From Camelus dromedarius (lineage: Eukaryota), in contig NC_087437.1 of the NCBI RefSeq assembly GCF_036321535.1, positions 27,778,001 to 27,842,000 of the forward strand: DNA of 64,000 nucleotides. The letters run 5' to 3'. The position numbers were made by a program, and so were the translations under genes. A model generated the notes under the pieces. It did not search any database and was not told the origin of the DNA. It saw nothing but the letters and a program-made list of their open reading frames with translations. Below, piece after piece: positions 38,492 through 52,800 of the stretch. Numbering within the stretch: position 1 is the stretch's first letter; the number at the start of each line of letters is the position of its first letter.

Positions 38492-40618
38492 CCGTCCGCG
38501 CCTGGCCCTGCCATGAATGAGGAGTATGACGTGATTGTGCTAGGCACCGGCCTGACGGAGTGTATCCTGTCGGGGATAATGTCTGTGAATGGAAAGAAAG
38601 TTCTTCACATGGATAGAAACCTGTATTATGGAGGAGAAAGTGCATCTATAACGCTGCTGGAAGATTTATACAAAAGATTTAAAATAACTGGAGCACCACC
38701 AGCATCAATGGGGAGAGGAAGAGACTGGAATGTCGACTTGATTCCCAAGTTCCTTATGGCTAATGGTCAGCTGGGTAAGATGCCGCTTTTTACAGAGGTC
38801 ACTCGCTATCTGGATTTCAAAGTGACTGAAGGGAGTTTTGTCTATAAGGGAGGAAAAATCTACAAGGTTCTTTCCACTGAAGCAGAAGCCCTGGCATCTA
38901 GCTTAATGGGGCTGTTTGAAAAACGTCGCTTCAGAAAATTCTTGGTGTTTGTTGCCAGCTTCGATGAGAAAGACCCCAGAACTTTGGAGGGCATCGACCC
39001 TGGGAAGACAGCGATGTGAAAGGTGTACAAGAAGTTCAACCTGGGCCAGGATGTCATGGACTTCACCGGGCACGCGCTGGCGCTCTACAGGACTGATGAC
39101 TATTTAGATCAGCCATGTGTTGAAACCATTAACAGGATTAAACTTTATAGTGAGTCTCTGGCAAGATATGGCAAAAACCCCTACCTTTATCCCCTCTATG
39201 GCCTTGGAGAACTGCCACAAGGATTCGCAAGGCTGAGTGCTATTTATGGGGGCACCTACATAGTGAATAAACCGATCGAAGAAATCATTGTGCAGAATGG
39301 AAAAGTGGTTGGTGTAAAATCTGAAGGAGAGATCGCTCGCTGTAAACAGCTCATCTGTGACCCCAGCTACATGAAAGACCGAGTAGAGAAAGTGGGCCAG
39401 GTGATCAGAGTGATCTGCATCGTCAGCCACCCCATCAAGAACACTAGCGATGCCAGCTCCTGCCAGATCATTATCCCGCAGAACCAGGTCAACTGCAAGT
39501 CAGACATCTATGTCTGCATGATCTCCTCCGCACACAACGTGGCCGTGCAGGGCAAGTACATCGCCATCGTCAGCACAACCGTGGAGACCAAGGAGCCCAA
39601 AAAGGAAATCAGACCAGCTCTGGAGCTCTTGGAGCTGCTCAAGCAGAAACTCGTTAGCATCAGTGACCTCTTTGTACCAAAAGATCTAGGGACAGAAAGT
39701 CAGATCTTTATATCCCGCACGTACGATGCGACCACTCACTTTGAGACAGCGTGTGATGACATCAAGGACATCTACAAGAGGATGACAGGGTCCGAGTTTG
39801 ACTTTGAGGAAATGAAGCGCAAGAAAAACGACATCTATGGGGAAGACTAGCAGCAACGCAGCTGCCGCCTTCAGGACAGACGTAAACTTTGGCAGATGAC
39901 GCATATTGTATGAAATCAGTGTTGTAAGGCCTGCTTTTGTGATCAGAACTGAGAGACTGCAGAGCACTGTACCAGTAAACGTTCCTCCCTTTCTAACATC
40001 ATGTATTAACTTGTTTTCATGGAGTGGCTATTCAGAATTGGCAGGTGCCCACATTCTGTCCAATTTAACCTACACTGGCTTGTTTTTTTCTAGCAAAGGA
40101 TCAGTTTTAAAACATTGTGATACTGATACAGAGAACTTGATACGGCATTTGTATCTTTTAATCAGTGTAGCCTTTGCTGTTACTGCTTCTGCTGCTCCAG
40201 AGCGGACTGCGTGCCACCTGCCACCTGCCCTCCGGACGCGGAGGAGGGAGATTGGAATTGACTTCTCCATCATTGGGGACAGCATCCCCTACCATGCCCC
40301 GTCCCCTTACATGTCTGTCAAGTATTACGGCAGTGCCCAGGCAGCACGGCCACGAGTCTGGTTTACGTGGGCCTCAAATTCTAATGAACTCCAGCCTCTG
40401 AGTCATTTTGGAGGAAGCCTGTGTGTGGTGTTTCACCTAGTAAGATTGATGAGAGCAGAGGGAAAGACCCATCATAAAGCAGGTAAACCTAGAAGCTTCT
40501 TTTGTATCCCAGGTGTGGCCTTTTCCATGGACCAAGCTGCGATGCAGTATTGACCTGACAGAGCCCCCACTCCAGCAGTGTCTGTACTGCAAAATAAAGC
40601 CCCCCTGGAAACCAAAAA
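38492..40618 (+). pseudogene. GDI2: Processed pseudogene of Rab GDP dissociation inhibitor beta; CDS equivalent 38513-39850 (445 codons), in-frame stop at 39017-39019
   Basis: Intronless [21 protein letters not shown]...[11 protein letters not shown]. Short 5'UTR, ~750-bp 3'UTR, AATAAA at 40593-40598, short A tail. Perfect 16-bp TSD aaagaagcattagtta at 38476-38491 and 40619-40634. Confidence 0.97.
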
Positions 40619-41295
40619 AAAGAAGCATTAGTTAACTGGCTTTAAGAGTTTCATTAGTCTCTTTCTGGACAGGCTTAGATCTCTCTGGAAAGAATTCATC
40701 AAAGGCCTAGATTTATCCTGTTTCTGAAGGAACTCTAATCCATGGAGGGTAAGTGGATTGCTTATTTTCCCTGTGTGGAAATAGTGACACTCCCCTACTT
40801 TGAGATCTTTGCTTGCTAAAACTAATCTCTTTGTTTATGACTAAATTTAAACATTTCCCTTGAGTTTAATATTAATTCCTCTTCAGTATATTATTTGCAT
40901 TTTAGAGACCTGTTTACCAGTTGGAGTGTAACTTTTCTTTTTCTATCTCTCTTTTTCTTTTTTTCTTTCTTCCTTTTTTAAATGATAGATTTCCATAAGC
41001 TATATTTCATGCTTGGCTTCTATTCAATTTTAATAGATTAAAAGGAGGTACCAAAGGTAGAAAAAGAGAGAGAGAGAGAAGCTTTAGAGGTTTTATAATT
41101 TTTCTTCAGGATGGCTTCAGTAAGAATTACCCAGGCTTGACAGGAAAAAATAAAATGAAAGGTCACAAATGTGGGTAATGCCTACCCAAGAGGCTGCCAA
41201 CCATATACTCTTTCTCTACTAATGGGGTTTAATAATTGCTGTCACATCCACCTGAATAAATATTTTCCTACTACTTGATGCAGAAAATGACCTGG

Positions 41296-41712
41296 TGACA
41301 TTCTAAGTGAAGTAAGCCAGAAAGAGAAAGAAAAATACCATATGAAATCACTTATATGTTGAATCTAACAACAACAACAACAAAAAAGGCAAACAAACTT
41401 ATTCACAAAACAGAAACAGACTCACAGACATAGAAAACAAACTTATGGTTACCAGCAGGAGAAGGGAATGGGAAGGGATAAACTGGGAGTTCTAGATTTG
41501 CAGATACTAACTAACATACATAAAAGAGAAAAACAAGTTTATACTGCATAGCACAGGGAACTATATTCAAGATCCTGTAGTACCCTACGGTGAAAAAGAA
41601 TACGAAAAAGAATATATGCATGTATATGTATGACTGAAGTATTATGCTGTACATCAAAAATTGACACAACATTGTAAACTGACTATACTTCAATAAAAGT
41701 ATACATTAAAAA
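41296..41712 (+). mobile_element. Young 5'-truncated LINE-1 3' end
   Basis: L1 3'UTR with aataaa and A tail. Imperfect TSD aaaatgacctgg / aaaatggtctgg. Confidence 0.85.
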
Positions 41713-44700
41713 AAAATGGTCTGGGCAGGTCATGAGATCTTGAAGAGCTTGCCAGAGAAAATGTTTGGCATGCTCTGGCAGAACTCAGATTTATCATCTC
41801 TGGTGGAGTGTATTTCTGACCCATGACCCATGAGCTGGCATTCCTGCAACAGAAGGAGTCTGTTAAGAGGTGTTTTGGAGAATTGGAGGAGACAGAGTCT
41901 ATTTTTCATGTACAGTCTATATAAAATCCCATGTTTCTCACCTCCTGAATTTCAGGAATGTAATGCTGAAGTCAGTGTTGGCCCAACTTCATTTAAAAGA
42001 TATGAGGCATGGAAAAGGCCTTAAGGCTTCAGTTACAGAAAAAATGTTTTCACTGCACTGAGGAGAATAAATCAGGTAATTTAAACAACTCAACTTCTAG
42101 GTTCTTTGGGCTAATTACAGTCACAAGTTAGAAGAAACCTTCTGGCCAGGCTAGAAAAATGATGCAAAGAAGGAAAAACAAAATAAAACTGCCATCAAAG
42201 TATTTTGCCAACATATGTGAAACTGTAAACATGCATCTGAAGGCAGAATGTTTTCTAGTTAATGATGACTGACAATTCCACAGCAGCGCTCCTCCACTGT
42301 GGCACCACATGCCCAAGGAAAATGCATCCAAAGAGTTGATCACTGAGAAAGCTTAGAATAAAAAGAATCTGTGGAGTATATGCCTATTGTAAAACCACGA
42401 ATAAACCCTGTAAAGGAATTAGTGTGCTGTGAAACAACTATTGGGAGAATAATTAACCCATGAATCTTTTAAAAACCTGGAAATTCTAGAAGACAATTAT
42501 TTTGGTTGTATAGATTAACTTCGTACATTTAGAAAAGTTCCTTAATTTATTGCAGAAATGTGTTAAAAATGCTTTATAGGATCAAGGTAATTGTTAGAGT
42601 GAAATAAAGGCATATTCTGATATATAATTGTGGTGGCTAAGAAGATTTGGAGGGGAGGGTTGGAGAAATGTGTGAGTGGTGGGGGTGGGGTGGGGGTGGT
42701 CTCAGATTATTCTAAAGTAGAATTCAGACTACTTTGACAAATAGCTGTTACCAAGAAGGCATCTGGCTGGAGGAAAAGACTTTGCATGTGTGATTAGTAG
42801 ATAAAATGATTCCAAAATTGACTGGGGTGACAGCTTGGTATATGCCTGTATTGGATGCCCCAGTTGGTCCTTGGGTCATCTGAGTTACGGAAAACAGAGC
42901 TCCAGGTAAAGGTTGTCAAATCGGTTTATGAGGAGATGGTGTGGTGTGCAGATGGCCAAGTCTAACCCAGAGCTAAGTGAGAGTTGTGCAGGAAGTGCTG
43001 TGTGAATGAGGTACTCTCCAGACGGCACTCTCTGAGGCCGCCATGAGGGCTTCCTGGACTCCTGAAGAGTTTGCTTATTTTGTGACTCTGGGATGTGCAG
43101 ATCCAGCGACTGGCAGTCATGTCCTCTGCTGCAGCTTAACCAGTTCTTCTCAGGCAGCATAAATGATAATAACAGGTTAAAGAAGGACACATCTGAATAT
43201 ATGCAAGGCAATTCCTGGGAATTCAAGGAAATCTTCCAGAGTTGGCAGCAGGGATCCTATTGGGGGTGGACATGTTACATGAAATACATGTCTTATGCAA
43301 CAAGGGCTAGAGCCAATGAAATGTAAGTCACTATGTAAATTTGATCCCCTCCATAAATACAAGCTGATGAGGTCTGAGACTATTCAAGTTATAGGTCTAT
43401 AACAGATAATGCAATACCCTGCCTTTTGCTCCCCTTCCACAGGCTCTTAAGCAAAGGGAATAAGCTATGCTGTGTATTTCTTCATACCAACATCATCTCT
43501 TGGAATTTTAGCATCTGTGGTATGTTGTTTGTTTAAGCTACAAGATGTTAGAAACAAATTAATCAGGAAAAAAAAATGACCCACATAGACTGTTTTCTCA
43601 CCACGTTGGCTTCTTGGCCCAGCAGAGTTTAAAATTAGATAGCCTCTGAATCTTAGTTTGTTGGAAAGTTTTCAGGATTCACAAAACCATTTGTTGTAGT
43701 TGTTCCAAGGAAGAAAATCATGACATCCTTGTTTTCTATATAAAATGAGCCAACATATTTCAGGCTGAGATACCCTGAGGATATATATTCTTTTATAAAG
43801 TCTGCTTAACATTTCTGAGAGGATCTGTTTGTAATTTGTTTCCTGTCAAACATGTTGGTTCAATTTTGCTGAAAACAGCCCACCAATGACAGGCAGCAAT
43901 CAGAACTATAAGCAGCTTCCCACAGAGAGTCTCAGAAACATCTCATGACACTTAAAGATTAGTGATAAATTTTCTCTTAAAAAATTAAACATTAGTTTTT
44001 CACTAAAGCAAAAAAAAAAAATCTAATTGAGGCACATAGATTAAATAGTTGTCTAAATGAGAAATGTATACTCTCTCAGACAAAACCATGCTATTTCTTT
44101 TTACCTCTTTTATGAAGAATCTAAGAATCCCTAGAAAACAAAGTATTTTCTTCCCTCCATGAGGCTCATCTGTACAAAACATTGATCCTGCAACAGTTTA
44201 GTTACCTTTTTATAAATGCAAGTATCCATTAACAAGGGAATAGTTTTATTAATTTTTTATATCTGTGTAATGGAATAATTTGTGGCCTTTAAAGAGAATG
44301 AAAAAGATGTGTGTGTACTAATGGAATTTATTCCAAGTACTCCTTGTTTAAACAAGGAGCAAATTAATGCCTGTATTTTGCTACCATTCGCTGTTAAAAA
44401 AAGGGGAAGGTGTAATAGTGTGTGCATATCTCTAGTGGCCTCTGGGAAGGAATCCAGGGTATGGGGAAAGACAGAGTAGGAGGAATAATTTTTTACTTAT
44501 TATTATGCAATCTTTTGTACTGTTTAAATATTTAAGTGCATGACTATTTCTTATTTAAATTAAACAAATAAATCATTGTAAATGTAACCCACATGTGCAG
44601 CTTTGACCTTCCTCTGCTCTGAACACATGCCTTTAAGCCCTGTCCTGTCCTCATATTCTAGTAAAAAGGGGACACAGACTATTAAAGGGACCCTGCGGAT

Positions 44701-46417
44701 CATCTGATCAAACTGCCCCATTTCATGGTTGAGGTGCTGAACTTGAGTGGAAGATTTTTGCCCAGGGTTACACTATTTGTCAGTACCAAAAGCCAGACTA
44801 GAGCCATAGGCTTCTTAATTCCAGGGAAATGCTCTTCCTGCCCTGTGGTCCTTTAGGAGAGAGAATAAACAGCCTTGGCCTTGAGGATGACTTTCCCTTC
44901 TGCTCCTCCTCCATGGTGCTGCTCATAAAGGCTCATGCCTCTGCTTCTCATGTCTCAGGACATCCTGCTTAGCTTTTAGGCACCAACTAATTAAAATAAC
45001 AAAACCATAAAGTTCAGGCCTTCTTAACTGGAGGTCTGTGGGTAGGTTTCAGAAAAGCCTGTGTCTAAGTAAGAGCTAAGAACTCTGAGTGGAGAGCTCA
45101 GCTTTCTCTATGAGCTTCATTACCAAGATGAAGAACACTTTTAAACCTGAAAGAGACCTCAGCAGCCATCAAGTCTAATCCTACTCAGATCCATCCATGT
45201 CCTCAACAACCTGCCTTTCTGCTAGAATACCCAAGTGCTCTGGAGTCATTGCCAACAACAGTAAAATTCACTTGGACATTTAGCTCCATTTTAAAATGTT
45301 AGAGTGAATTTGGCTCTTGCTCTAGTTACAATCCATGTCCATTATATGTTGTCCTTATTTTGGGACCCAGGGTGATAGGGTGGCCACTATCAAGAACATG
45401 CTGCCATGAAAGGGACGAAAGAGAGCTCAGAGAATATTACACCGAGAAGTAAGTGTTCAGCCAGAACGCGGCATACATTGTTTGTACTTTTAGCTCATTG
45501 GCCAGAATAGTTACATGGCCTCAACCAACCACTGGGTGTCAGAAAGTTCTATTATACCATGTGCCCAGGAGGCAGAGACCTAGAAATATTCAGTGAGAAG
45601 TATTCATTGCTACCATCTTTCTCCTTGAATAAATAGCCAGAAGTCCTGTCAGAGTTTTAGCAATTTCTTAAATGCCAAGAAAAATTAACCCAGTGGAGGT
45701 GACTGATAAACTCCTATGGCAGTGGGACATACTATTGTAGTTGATAGTTTCAGGGGGCCTGTCTTGTCCTCTTCACTTCAACAGGCACTGTGCCCCACAC
45801 ACACCCTTGCTGAAGAGATGGGGGTCTCTGGTCATGTCTGTATCATGTCATCACCTTTCTCCATGAAGGACTGGACTAGAGATTAACACCTATCCCAGTG
45901 GATTCCAATCTGTTGGCTAGCCTATTACCAAATATATTTGCTGAGACCCAGAGTCTAAAATCAAAGGAGTGTGGGGCCTATGAATTAAATGGCTCTATAG
46001 AATTGAGCCTACGGCAGCCACTTCCATTCTCCTAAATTTATCAAAGATTGGGCAGAATAGCCAACCATCAGGGAAGATGAGTGGAATAAATGGGATACAG
46101 GATTATACGTGGTCTTGGAGACAGAGAGAGAGCGAGAGAGCGTGCAGGTGAAACTTCTCGCATCTTCAGTGGTTCCTAGATCCCAGTGCCTTTTCCCGTG
46201 AGGCCCAGTTGTGCCTCCTTTCTGGCCGCTAGCTTTACAGCCTTTTAATAAACCCTCCTCTGAGCCATTTGATTATCCATATGAATGAACTGAGAATCCG
46301 AATCACTCCACCTCTAACTAGATTGTCATCCCTGGTCTATGCCAGGTCTATGTAGAAATTTTGGAATGCATGCTGGGGTGTATGGTTTCTAATAGAAAAG
46401 AAACTTTATTAACTTAA

Positions 46418-46992
46418 TGTTGTTATTTTCTGTGTTCTTGATGCTTTGGTATCTGGGGCCTCACTGACTTTAAAGACACTGTCCCTCTCAGATTAACTAT
46501 TCCTAGAGATAGAAAACATCTTGCAGGGAGTATACCTTTTGTATGCAAACAACCAGTCTAGGACCCTCTTCCCTTTCCCAGATCCCAACCCCTCCTCGAG
46601 TAGACTCTTACACTCCTAGCCAATGTTCCCCTGCCCGACAAGCTCTAGGGTGAGGTACCAGACCATTCAGGACAACCTCTACACCTCAGAGCCTGCTGAC
46701 ATTACTCAAACCAGGCAACCTTAAACCTGCTTATCCTAGCTTACCCTGCCTTGATCATTCCTTCCCACAAAAATCATAACAAAGGCTCTGGCCTCTGGTT
46801 TCCTCTTACTTTCTTGGACCCCAGATTGACCCCAGTGCTTCCCGGTGTGGCTCCCCACTCCTGCTTGGTGTGCTACATCTCCTGTTTCTAGGGATCTGTG
46901 AGTATAAAACTTCATTCTTCACAACAGACATTTCTGTGTCTGTTGGTCTTACCATACATGATTAAAACAAGTCTGAGGTACATGTTAAAACA
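46418..46992 (+). mobile_element. ERV solo LTR (probably ERV1 class)
   Basis: TG...CA termini, ~575 bp, LTR-like motifs (ttcctagagatag; ctagggatctgtgagtataaaac). No clear TSD. Confidence 0.6.
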
Positions 46993-48379
46993 AAACCGCT
47001 CTGTTTTCTTCTGGGCCTCCATCTTATGTTACCTATTGATCTACTTGTCTGAAGAGTAAGAACTCTCTATTCTGGTAGATGGCCCTCTCAGATATTTAAA
47101 CTGTAAGCTGTCTAGGTGCATAGAAAAAACAGAGCAAAGGAAGAACTCCCCCTCTCTTAAATTTATATTTATGATTACGATTAATTATTCTTCTCTCTAA
47201 GCATACTTTTATGTAAAAAGTCAATGCTAATTGTTACAGGCATGCTCTCTCCTGGGCAGAACATGAAAACACACGGATATATTCTTCCTCTTTTTTTTCC
47301 CAGACACTGTGAAAACCACCATTCTTTTATTATGACAACAAAACAATGACCTCAGTTCTTTCAGAATTAAATTACTGATATTAAAATCCTCTTGTTAGGG
47401 TTTTAAGTGGGCTTTGGGACACTCCTAGACAGTATTTGGCTAGGGGACGTGGAAATGCTTAAATCATGATTTTGATATATCTCTCTAGGGAAGACTCATG
47501 GCACAAATTACTCTCTCTATAAACTCATGGCTTTGCTTCTGTTTTTAATAACCTGGCATTCAACCATATAGTTTTTGTTGAAAATATTCATCTCCCTTTA
47601 GCTTCAGGACCTCAAGAAAGGGGAAAGTTTAGGACAGCAATATTTTCTTCATTTCCCCACTTAGTGCTGGTGTGAGAATAGAAATGTATCCCAGCAGCCT
47701 TGGGTTCCCAGACATCAAATTAGCAGTTTTCTGGCTCAGGAAGAATGGGCTACACCAGCTTAATGTGCAAGGTAAGGAATCCCCCCGATTGCCCTCTGGT
47801 GTATCTGTCAGTGTTTAGTCATGAAAACAAAACTACTTTAAATATTTCAAAGAGAAAGGAATTTAGTATAGGGACTAAGGAGATTATAGGAAAGTGCAGG
47901 AAGCCACAGCCACCTCACAGCCCTGGAATGAAGAATGAGAAGCATATGCACTCTGAGGTAGCTTCAGCAAGCCGCAGCTGCTAGTCTACCATAGTGCTTC
48001 TACAGCAAGAATACGTTCAGCCTCTTTCCACCTATTGAATGTCACCATGTACGTCTCATTTGTTAGCTGTACTAAAGTCTGATAGGAAGAAACCATGGAA
48101 AATGTAGTTCCTAAGCTTCCAGCCTTGTGACACCAGAGGAGAGTATAAAAAGGCACAGCAGTGATGCTGAGTGCTGAAACACAATTTGTCCCACCATTTT
48201 TATCAGGACATTATAAGACCTTACCACTCAGACACAAATGCTGTTTCTAAAGGCCTAATAATTTAAAATGCAGTCACAGAGTCTTGCCCTGGTTCAAAGG
48301 TAAGGAATACTGACATCATCTGTGGACTTTAGGAATATGAAAGCATTCGTGAATGTTTTCAAATGATCATGATAGGTAG

Positions 48380-48530
48380 TTACTTACTTACTTACTTACT
48401 TACTTATTTATTTTCTATTCATTTAAATTCGGGGGGGGATAATTAGGTTTATTTATTTATTACTTTCGGTGTAGATAACAGAGGTTGAACCTGGGACGTC
48501 GTGCATGCCACTAAGCTGTACCCTACCCCA
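48380..48530 (-). mobile_element. Degenerate tRNA-derived SINE with (AAGT)n tail
   Basis: Minus strand gggtacagcttagtggcatgcacgacgtcccaggttcaacc...cctaattatcccccc. Confidence 0.6.
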
Positions 48531-49309
48531 CTATATTTATTTTTAAAAATTTAAAGCAGGCTTTGTTGTAGACTTAGCAACAGGCAATTTTCACAAATGT
48601 TCCATGTCCATTTGAATAAAAAGTATGTTCTTTTTTACTGTGGCACAGAGTTTAATGTGTTTTTTTCCTATACAGTCTACGTTATTGATTGTATTATTTA
48701 GAACTCTGATATCTTTTCTAATTTTTTTCACTTGATTTTACTAGATTTGAGAGGAGTGTGTTACTCTACTAGTTTATGTCTTTCTCTTTCTTTATTCATC
48801 TCCTCTAGTTTCTGCTTTATAAAGTAGCTGCTATCCTATTTTATGTATAGTTATTAATAACATTTTAACATTATGCATTTTAGTCCTTAGAATTACAAAG
48901 TATACTTTTCTTGGTCTCATTTTGTACTTTGGTGGCTAAACTGTGCTTGTTTGAAATTAGTATTATGATGCCTTCTATTTATTTATTTATTTAGAGTTTT
49001 GTTTGACATCTTCCAGTCGGCATCCTCATCTTTCTGAATCTCCTTTTTGGGATATTTCTATACACACAGATCACACTTGTATTTTGTTTTGGTAGTTAAT
49101 CTGAACTTTTTCATAGATATGATATCCTATTTATATTTTATCAAGCAACCAGCACCTTTGGCCCAGTTCAGTCATGTTATTTTACATTTATTTTGTTTAT
49201 ATGTTTCTATATATAGAAGTATATGTATGGATACACATACTTTCAGTAGGGACAATTGTTGTGGGGTTTTTTCTTGGCATTTCTTTTGATATTTAGGAAG
49301 TTTTAAAAC

Positions 49310-49809
49310 ATTTTTGTTTTGTTTTGTTTTTATACATTGGTTATAGGTTCACAAAAAACTGAGAAAAAGGTGCAGAGATTTCCCATATATTCTCTGCCCC
49401 AACACATGCATAGTCTGCCCCATCATCAACATCTCCCACCAGAGTGGCACATTTGTTACAACTGGTTGACCCACACTGGCACATCATTATTACCCAAAGT
49501 CTGTAGTGTACCTTACAGTTAACTCTTGGTGTTTTACATTCCAAGGGTCTGGACAAATGTATCCACCATCACAAATCATGCAGAATATTTTCACTACTCT
49601 AAAAATCTTTTGTGTTCTACCTATTCATCCTACTCTTTACCCCTCCCCCAATCATTGATTCTTTTACTGAATGCATAGCTCTGCCTTTTCAAGAATGTCA
49701 CATAGTTCGAATAATATTTGTTTCCATTTCAGATCGGCTTCTTTCATTTGCTAAAATGCATTTAAGTTTCTTCTGTGTCTTTTCATTGCTTAATAGGTTT
49801 TTAAAAAAT

Positions 49810-49868
<59 letters not shown>

Positions 49869-52800
49869 TAATGCTGAATAATATTCCATTGTCTGGATGT
49901 ACAAGTTTATTTATCCATTCACCTACTGAAGGACATCTTAGTTCCTTTCAAGTTTTGGCAATTGTGAATAAAGCTGTTTTAAACATCTGTGTGCAGGTTC
50001 TTGTGTGGAAATAAGTTTTAACTCCTTTGAGTAAACACAAGGTATAAGATTACTGAATAGTACAGTAAGAACATGTTTAGTTTTGTAAGAGACCACCAAA
50101 CTGTCTTCCAAAGTGGTTGTAGCATTTTACATTCCCAACAGCTATGAATAAGAGCTCCTGTTGCTCCACTTCCTGGCCAGTATCTGATGCTGTTCAAAGC
50201 CATTGTTGTCCAAAGCCATTTTAATAGGTGTGTAGTGATATTCACTGTTATTTTAATTTGCATTTTCCTTATTCCTTTTTAATTAGTTCACATTTACTTA
50301 CGGTGTGGCATCTTTTCAAATGCTTATTTGCCATCCATGTATCTTCTTTGGTGAAGTGTCTGTTAAGGTCTTTGGGACATTATTCAATCAGGTTGTTTGT
50401 TTTCTTATTGTTGAGTTTTAAGAGCTTTTAAAATATATTTTATATAATGGTTCCTTATAAAATAAAAGCAAAAACAGACAAATGGGATCTAATTAAACTT
50501 AAAAGCTTTTGCACAGCTACGGACACCATCAACAAAATGAAAAGACAACCTACAGAATGGGAGAAAATATATGCAAATGATGCAACTGACAAGGGACTAA
50601 TTTTCAAAATGTAACAACAGCTCACACACTTTAATACCAAAAGAACAAGGAACTCAATTCAGAAATGGGCAGAAGACCTAAACAAGCAATTCTCCAATGA
50701 AGACATACAAATGGCCAATAGGCATATGAAAAAATGCTCAGCATCCCTAATCGTTGGAGAAATGCAGATCAAAACTACAGTGAGATATCATCTCACACCA
50801 GCTAGAATGGCCATCACTGAAACGTCTACAAATGATAGATGCTGGAGAGCGTGTGGAGAAAAGGGTACCCTCCTACACTGTTGGTGAGAGTATAGACTGG
50901 TGCAGCCATTATGCAGGACAGTATGGAGGTTCCTTAAAAAACTAAAAATAGACTTACCATGTGATCCAGCAATCCCACTCTTGGGCATATGCCCATAGAA
51001 AAATAAAATTCAGAAAGACACATGCACCCCAATGTTCATAGCAGCACTATTTACAATAGCCAAGATACGGAAACAATCCAAATGTCCATCAATAGATGAC
51101 TGGATAAAGAAGATGTGGTGCATATCTACAAAGGAACACTATTCAGCCATAAAAAAGAATAAAATAATGCCATTTGCAACAACATGGATGGAACTGAAGA
51201 TCGTCATTCTAAATGAAATGGGCCAGAAAGAGAATGAAAAATGCCATATGATATCACTTGTAAGTGGGATCTAAAAAACAAATAAAATAAAAAAATAAGG
51301 ACACAGATAAACTACTTATTATTTATAACTTAGATGACTAATTTTTTGATTATGTGTAAGCACATCTGATTGCCCTTTATGATTGGATTACCACATTCTG
51401 TTGATTCTTATTTTGTGGTTGGCTTTATTCCTTTAATAACTATGTAAGTTTAAAAAGCTAAAGCTCTAATCTGTTCTTAGAAATAATGATCAGTACATAC
51501 ATGTAAACTAAAAAAAAAAAGTGCAGTATATTGTAAATATGTACTTACATGCAATATAATGTATATGTGCAAAGTGTAGTAATTCTACCTAATAAAACTG
51601 AAAAAGGAAAATAAAATAAAATATAATATAATAATGGAGAACAAACAAACAAATCAACACCATACCCAAAGTCATCTTTGTTTTTTGCTATGTTATCTTC
51701 TGGGACTTATATAATTTTGCATTTTACATTCTGGTCTGTCATCCATTTTGAGTTAATTTTTGTGAAGGGTATAAGGTCTGTGCCTAGATTCTTTTTCCTT
51801 TGTTTTCCTTTCTTTTCTTTCTTTCTTTCTTTTTTTTGGTGTGTGGATGTCCAGTTGTTCTGGCATCATTTGTTGAAAAGACTATCTCTGGTTCTTTGTC
51901 AAAAATCAGTTGACTATACTTGTGTGTCTCTATTTCTAGGCTTATATTGATTTATTTGTCTATTTTTTAAATTAATACTGTATTATATTGTATTATATAT
52001 ATTATATTGTAGCTTTATAATGAGTCTTGCAGTTGGGTAATGTCAGTCCTCCACTGTGTTGGCTATACTGGATCTTCTGCCTCTCCATATAAATTCTGGA
52101 ATATGTTCATTGATATCTACAAACTGTTGGGAATTTACTAGAACTGCATTGAATCTGTAGATCAAATTGGAAGAAAAAACATCTTGACAATATTCCTATC
52201 CATAAACATGAAATATCTTTCCATTTATTTAGTTCTTTGATTTTGTTAATCGATTTTGTAGTTTTCCTCATATAGATTTTGTACATATTTTGTTAGATTT
52301 ATACCTAAGCATTTAATATTTTTGGGTGCTACCATGATACTGTATTTTCAATGTTAAATTCCCCTTGCTTATTGCCAGTGTATAAGGAAGAAACTGACTT
52401 TTGTATATTAACCTTGTATCCTGCAACCCTGCTTATTAGTTCCAAGATTTTTTTTTTTTTTTTTTGCCAATTCTTTTGGATTTTCTACATAGATGAGCAT
52501 GTCATATGTGACAAAGATTTTTATTTCTTCCTTCCAAAGCTGTATACTTTATTTCCTTTTCTTGTCTCATTGCTCTGGATAGAACTTCCAGCAATATGCT
52601 GAAAAGGAGAGGTGAGAGGGGACATTCTTGTCTTGTACCTGATCATAGTGAGGAAGCTTTGAATTTCTCACCTGTAAGTGTGATATTAGGTGTAGTTTTG
52701 GTTTTGTTTTGTTTTTTTTTTTTTTTTTTGTAGATATGTTTTATCAACTTGAGGAAGTTTCCTTACATTCTAGTTTTCTGAGATTTTTTTTATCATGAAT

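Noticed and set aside
39906..40553. 215-aa ORF downstream of the GDI2 CDS
   Set aside because: It lies in the retrocopied 3'UTR, starts at TTG, and is GC-rich so stops are rare. No recognisable domain.
41750..43330. Short ORFs and a strong minus-strand acceptor near 42409 in non-repeat sequence
   Set aside because: All three frames after the acceptor hit stops quickly, and the 113-aa ORF is unrecognisable. No supportable gene call.
49320..49800. Apparent third copy of the composite element's tail
   Set aside because: Similarity is only at L1M family level and much more diverged. It continues into normal L1 sequence without the composite junctions.
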